Shown one piece after another: positions 59,289 to 64,000 of a stretch of 64,000 bases of DNA. The stretch's first letter is position 1; every line of letters starts with the position of its first letter. A model generated the notes under the pieces. It was given only the letters and a program-made list of their open reading frames with translations, ran no database searches and was not told the origin of the DNA. This DNA is from an uncultured Christensenella sp. (lineage in GTDB: Bacteria; Bacillota; Clostridia; Christensenellales; Pumilibacteraceae), in contig CATLHE010000005.1 of assembly GCA_949948895.1 (NCBI GenBank), positions 2,306 to 66,305 of the forward strand. The letters run 5' to 3'. The position numbers and the translations under genes are program-made.

Positions 59289-60479
59289 CTATACCGAAAG
59301 CATCTCGTATAAAAACTCTTCGAAGTTTTCGTACGGGGATATGCTAGAGCCGTCGTCGGGGAAGCAATGGACCTTTTTGTCGTCGGCATTTTTGGAAAAC
59401 GCGTAGTATGTTCCGTCGCTGTTTATTCCGAAGAAATAGAAGTCGTCCGTTTTCATGCCGCCTTGCGCTGAGAGTATTTTTTCCAAAGGCTCTACTTCGT
59501 CGGCGCTTAGATTGGACGGCGTGCCGTTATCTCTGCCCACGTTTACAAAGTCCATATCGACAAAGCCTATTTCTTTCAAGAACCTCAGGTAGCTCTCGGG
59601 CAGGAAAGGATGCGACTTTCTTATCGTCTGCACCTCTTCGGCGGAAAGCTCTATCGTATTGAATTGACGGCGTTTTATCTTGGGTATGAGCGAATCTATG
59701 TCGCGTGAAAAATCGAACGAGTCGTTTTTAAGTTCGACGGTGCCCTCGACCGTGTCGCACAGCCCGCACGACACTCGGACGGAAAAGTAAACCGTGAGAG
59801 TACCTTTTTCGTAACCGAGTATCTTGACGAAGCCGTAATCGATATCGTCGTATTCGACCGTCCACACTCCGAGATTATAGCCGCAGTCGGGCTTGAGCGT
59901 TAACGTTTTGCCGACGGCGTTTTTTACGGCGTCGCGTAGAATTATGCCGTTGTCGTTGGCGTATTCTTCCAACGCCTCGCCGTCGTGATAGCCCGCCATT
60001 ATCGATACGCCGCTGCTTTCGAGGTCTGTCACGTCGTCGTAATCGTCGGGCATGTGCTTCAATTTGGTGCCGACGATCTCAAACGCGAAGTGGTGTCCGC
60101 GCTTGTTCTTAAAGTTTTCTTCGCATACGTACCGACCGTCGGCATAAAACTCTACGCCCGCGTCGATAAGCCGCAAAGTGTTCGGCGCGGGATAGTCGGT
60201 CTTGTTTTCAAACTCCGCTTTCGCGTCCGTTAAAAGCTTATCGAGATCTTGGCTTTTTTCGAGCGCTTCTTGCAGTTCGCTCTTATTTACGGCGCGTAGG
60301 GCAAGCACGCGTATCAGCCACATGAGCAAGCAGCCTAACGCAAAGCATATCAAAAGCCCGCCCAACGCGATTATTCTGTTGTTATCGGACAACGCCGCGA
60401 TCAACGCGCCCGCAACGATAAGTATAGGCATGCCTATGAATATAACAAAGTTTAAATAATAGTATTTGTCGTGCTTCAT
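59289..60479 (-). CDS. Membrane-anchored protein with C-terminal SMI1/KNR4-like domain
   Basis: Two N-terminal TM helices; C-terminal LSAEEV..I...FLPESYLRFL..IG...FFG...G..YAF...VH...Y.NFEEFL. Confidence 0.6.
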   Translation of the reverse strand: MKHDKYYYLNFVIFIGMPILIVAGALIAALSDNNRIIALGGLLICFALGCLLMWLIRVLALRAVNKSELQEALEKSQDLDKLLTDAKAEFENKTDYPAPNTLRLIDAGVEFYADGRYVCEENFKNKRGHHFAFEIVGTKLKHMPDDYDDVTDLESSGVSIMAGYHDGEALEEYANDNGIILRDAVKNAVGKTLTLKPDCGYNLGVWTVEYDDIDYGFVKILGYEKGTLTVYFSVRVSCGLCDTVEGTVELKNDSFDFSRDIDSLIPKIKRRQFNTIELSAEEVQTIRKSHPFLPESYLRFLKEIGFVDMDFVNVGRDNGTPSNLSADEVEPLEKILSAQGGMKTDDFYFFGINSDGTYYAFSKNADDKKVHCFPDDGSSISPYENFEEFLYEMLSV

Positions 60480-60601
60480 AATGACTTTATTATATCATGT
60501 TTGCTATAAAGTTTCAACAGATTGCAAATCGATATGAAATTAAAAATCGACAGACGCCGAAACGCTTGTCGATTTTCAGGCATAATCAGGTGATTTACGT
60601 A

Positions 60602-62422
60602 TCAATCGGTGATATCATCTTTGTCTACGAAAAATGCGTTTTTGGAGCCTATATAATTATTTATGTCGGCATACGTCACATCTTCTTTAATGGATAAGAA
60701 TAATGCTTTTAATTGTTCGTAATCGCGATTGACGCTTTCGATATTATTTAGGGGGAGGGCGGCGGTTGTCATGTACGGGTTTTTGTCTTTGACGTCTTTT
60801 TCAAAGTCGTTCACTTGTTCGGTCTGAACAAACAGCATGGGCACGGTCGTTTTGACGATTTTATATGCCGTTTTTCCGTCGGCCGTTTCCGTCACGACGT
60901 ACCAAACGTCTTTCATTTCTATATCGAATCGCCGCGAGCTTGTCGGGATTATCGGGTTGACTTTTTTTGTGATGAACGGAGTGCTTTGACCGTTCACGTA
61001 AACAGTATCGGCGTTTAGCCCGTTGCGGTCGTCGGTAACGCGCACGCTTTGAAAACCTTGAACATGATTCAAGTGTAACCATAGCGTATCGTAGTTGACT
61101 AATTTGATCGTTTCTTGAACTCTTCCGCCTATCAGTTCGCCCGTGACGGAAGAATACACTTCTTCGTATCCGTTAATAATCATATCGTCGGTTTCGCGCT
61201 TATCTGACATAACTATCGTTTGTTGCGGGTCGCTTGTTATGACTGCCGTCGTTTTCAGATTGGTTTCATCGGTGCCCGTAAACTCGCGCAAGTATCCTGT
61301 TACGGAATTCCCGTCGCGCAAAAATTCGATTTGTTTAAGGTTGCCGACGCCGCCTGCCGTCGTTTTGACGGCAAACTTTAACGAGTTTTCCGTGGATGTG
61401 TATTTTACCGCTATGCCGTCGGTCAGCTGTATTCTTCCTGTGTTTGCGGCTGTTTCTGCGTCGTTGAAAAGCTCGATAGATACGACGGAGTTTCCCGCGA
61501 GCAATAAGCTCTTTTGCCCGTCGAGCAGTATCCCTATCTTGAAGCCCGCTATCTCTGCCGAGAAGTTTGTCGGTTTATCGGGGTTATTATTGATAAATGT
61601 TTGATAAGCATTGGCTACGGCTTCCTGTATTGCAAAAACCAAATCGATTTTGTTGATGACGCCGGCTGCGTCCAATAGTCCTTCGTACAGTACGTTCAAT
61701 TGTTTGCCTATTGTTTTTGTAGCTATTCGCGAAACTGCTACGTCGGCTGCAAAAGCGTTCATGCCGCTTATAGGCATTTGAGCATACGCCATATTTTCGG
61801 GCAGGAAGGCTTCGGGCATAAACGCCCACGGATCGGGCTTTTTCAAAAGCGAAGATAAAACCGAAACGGCAAAGTCCGATTTAGCCGTTATTGTCAATTG
61901 CGCATTGAGCGTGAGCGTGTTATAGTTGGGGTTTGTCAGCGTTGCCGTTACATTATAGACGCCTATATTATTTTGATCGTTGTTTGTATATGTGATTGTT
62001 GTTCCGTCTGGTATGTCGCCGCTCACGGATAGCGAACAGGTTTGACCTAAGTGAATAAAATTTTTATTTTCCAGCGTGAGCCCGACAAAATCGGCTTTGT
62101 TAATAGTCAACGTTGCTGTTAGTATTTTGCTTTGGTAGTTTTCGTGACTCAGCTCGGCAGTCACGGTATAAACGCCGGCGTCCGTCTTGGCATTGTTTTG
62201 ATATGTAACGTTTGTGTTTTCGGGCAGTGTTCCCGATACCGCGAGCGAGTGCGGCATGCCGTCGTAAGTGAATTCTTTATCCGACAATGTCACGCCTGTG
62301 AACTGTTGCGGTTTTTCGTCGCTACTCGGGTCGTTCTTATCGACGGGCGAGCAGGCGCAGAGAGACAGAGATATCAAAGTCGCCGTAAGAACGGAAGCAA
62401 CGGTTAGCCAAAATTTTTTCAT
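60602..62422 (-). CDS. Lipoprotein with two MBG-like Ig repeats and an unknown C-terminal region
   Basis: Lipobox LCAC; two ~70-aa repeats L..K.F...G...SL.VSG.LP.GT.VTY.NN.....GVY.VTA.L...NY....L.A.L.I. Confidence 0.75.
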   Translation of the reverse strand: MKKFWLTVASVLTATLISLSLCACSPVDKNDPSSDEKPQQFTGVTLSDKEFTYDGMPHSLAVSGTLPENTNVTYQNNAKTDAGVYTVTAELSHENYQSKILTATLTINKADFVGLTLENKNFIHLGQTCSLSVSGDIPDGTTITYTNNDQNNIGVYNVTATLTNPNYNTLTLNAQLTITAKSDFAVSVLSSLLKKPDPWAFMPEAFLPENMAYAQMPISGMNAFAADVAVSRIATKTIGKQLNVLYEGLLDAAGVINKIDLVFAIQEAVANAYQTFINNNPDKPTNFSAEIAGFKIGILLDGQKSLLLAGNSVVSIELFNDAETAANTGRIQLTDGIAVKYTSTENSLKFAVKTTAGGVGNLKQIEFLRDGNSVTGYLREFTGTDETNLKTTAVITSDPQQTIVMSDKRETDDMIINGYEEVYSSVTGELIGGRVQETIKLVNYDTLWLHLNHVQGFQSVRVTDDRNGLNADTVYVNGQSTPFITKKVNPIIPTSSRRFDIEMKDVWYVVTETADGKTAYKIVKTTVPMLFVQTEQVNDFEKDVKDKNPYMTTAALPLNNIESVNRDYEQLKALFLSIKEDVTYADINNYIGSKNAFFVDKDDITD

Positions 62423-62732
62423 AAGATCCTCCTAAATAAAAAGTGCGTCAGCCGAAGCCAACGCACGAAAAACGCAAACTCCGACTGTCGCCAAACAATT
62501 CTTACGTTTTGTACGGAAAACTGCACAAACATAAATGGAATTTGCATTTTTGCTGATTTCATATAGTTTGCACAGTAAAATTTATTTTATTAAAAGCCCG
62601 TACTCCCGATAGGACTGTAAGAATTGTTTGGCTTGATTAGTATACCACGTTTGTCCGTTTAAATCAATAGTTTGACCGTGATTTTGCGAGATTACATAAG
62701 AAGGGGAGGACCTTCTTACTGTGATGGAATCA

Positions 62733-63728
62733 TTATTTATTAGCCTTGTTTTCCGTATCTGCTTTGGAAGTCGGTTTTTGTTTTTTGCCTTTGTCCTTTT
62801 TGCTTATATGAAAGACCTCGGACAGGCTCGCGTTTTCGAGATCGATGCGCTTATTTTCGACCCGAGTTTTTTCCACGCGCTCTGGCAGGGGCTCTACCGA
62901 GAACGGCATGACCACGCTGTCGGTGCGCGCGCGCACTTCGAGCTGTTTGTACGGCACGGATATATTGTGCCGTTTGAATTCGTTGTACACGTTTTCGATA
63001 ACGTAGTAATATACGTCCCAATAATCCTCGGTGTCGCACCAACAGTTACTGAAAAAATCTATACTGCTCGCGCCGAGCGTTTTGAGCCGACAAAACGGCT
63101 CGGGATCGAGAAGAACTCTGCCGTCGCTTTTCATGACGTCGGTGACGACCTTTTTTACGAGTTCCACGTCGGTCTCGTAAGCGACCGAAAAAGTGAACTC
63201 GACGCGGCGGCGCGGGTTGGCGCCCGCGTTTATGACCGCGCTGTTTACTATCGTGCTGTTTGGAAGCGTAATGCGTTTATTGTCCACGGTGCACAGCGTA
63301 GTGAATAAAAAGTTGATGTCTACGATGTTGCCGTCCACGCCGTTCACGGAGATAAAATCGCCTTTTTTGAACATTTTGTTCGACACTATCACTATGCCGT
63401 TGGCGAGGTTTGCTATGTTGTTTTCGAGCGCGATACCGACCGCGAGAAGCAGGGCGGAAAGCGCCGTGACTATGCCCGTTATCTGTACGCCGATTATCGC
63501 GAGCAGAATAAGCGCGAGTATCAGGTACAGAATGACTTTTACGGTCGTGACGATAAATTGCTGCGCGATCTTTTCCATACGGCTTTTGGCGAATATCCGC
63601 CTCAGCACGTTGATGATTATCTTGACAATGATTACGCCCAATACGAGCACGGCAAAGAATAAAACTATATTCCAAATATTGTTTGTGAAAAAGTTTTTTA
63701 CGGACGTCCAAAACGCGTTCCAATCCAT
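62733..63728 (-). CDS. mscS: Small-conductance mechanosensitive channel
   Basis: AVGIAL.NNIANLANG, FKKGD.I, G.IVDI....T.L.T.DN..I.LPNS, RRVEF.FSVAY; SD GAGG before ATG 63728. Confidence 0.92.
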   Translation of the reverse strand: MDWNAFWTSVKNFFTNNIWNIVLFFAVLVLGVIIVKIIINVLRRIFAKSRMEKIAQQFIVTTVKVILYLILALILLAIIGVQITGIVTALSALLLAVGIALENNIANLANGIVIVSNKMFKKGDFISVNGVDGNIVDINFLFTTLCTVDNKRITLPNSTIVNSAVINAGANPRRRVEFTFSVAYETDVELVKKVVTDVMKSDGRVLLDPEPFCRLKTLGASSIDFFSNCWCDTEDYWDVYYYVIENVYNEFKRHNISVPYKQLEVRARTDSVVMPFSVEPLPERVEKTRVENKRIDLENASLSEVFHISKKDKGKKQKPTSKADTENKANK

Positions 63729-64000
63729 GGCGTTACCTCGAAACTGTATTTGCAAGTTTTTTTGTTGCTCGCAAAGCTATATAAAAATTATGGACAATAT
63801 TGCGAATGTTAATCGGGTTTTCGGGGGTAAATAAATGAGCCGTAAAGTTGTAAATGAATAAATATAAAAACACGGCCGAGCCAAAATCTCGGTCGCGTAT
63901 TTTTAAATCGAAGTATTGGAAATGGAGCAGTCGCAAAGCGCGCGCGATATAAACGACGACTAATAGATAAAGTATTGTTTACCACTCGCGCCATTCTTCG

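Overview
Chromosomal window from a GC-rich, probably spore-forming Clostridia-class bacterium (inferred from spoIIE, many Gram-positive lipoproteins and sigmaA-type promoters). The housekeeping backbone includes spoIIE, leuA, typA, guaA, aconitase, htpG, thrB, nrdD-trxB, rpsL-rpsG-fusA-tuf, an orphan dnaN and mscS. It is interrupted by about 11 intergenic clusters built from at least four families of palindromic REP-like repeats, and by accessory genes. Top candidates for an undescribed system: (1) a stand-alone 955-aa TIR-FtsZ-FtsK three-domain fusion at 54846-57713; (2) a very AT-rich two-gene island at 9354-11097 pairing a TM + degenerate-PLD-fold protein with a stripped-down PTS enzyme-I-like PEP-utilising protein; (3) a lipoprotein with a GT80 sialyltransferase-like domain under a divergent XRE regulator with two visible operators (38882-40748). 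No CRISPR array, rRNA, tRNA, transposase or integrase was found. All domain calls are by-eye motif recognition; no database search was run.
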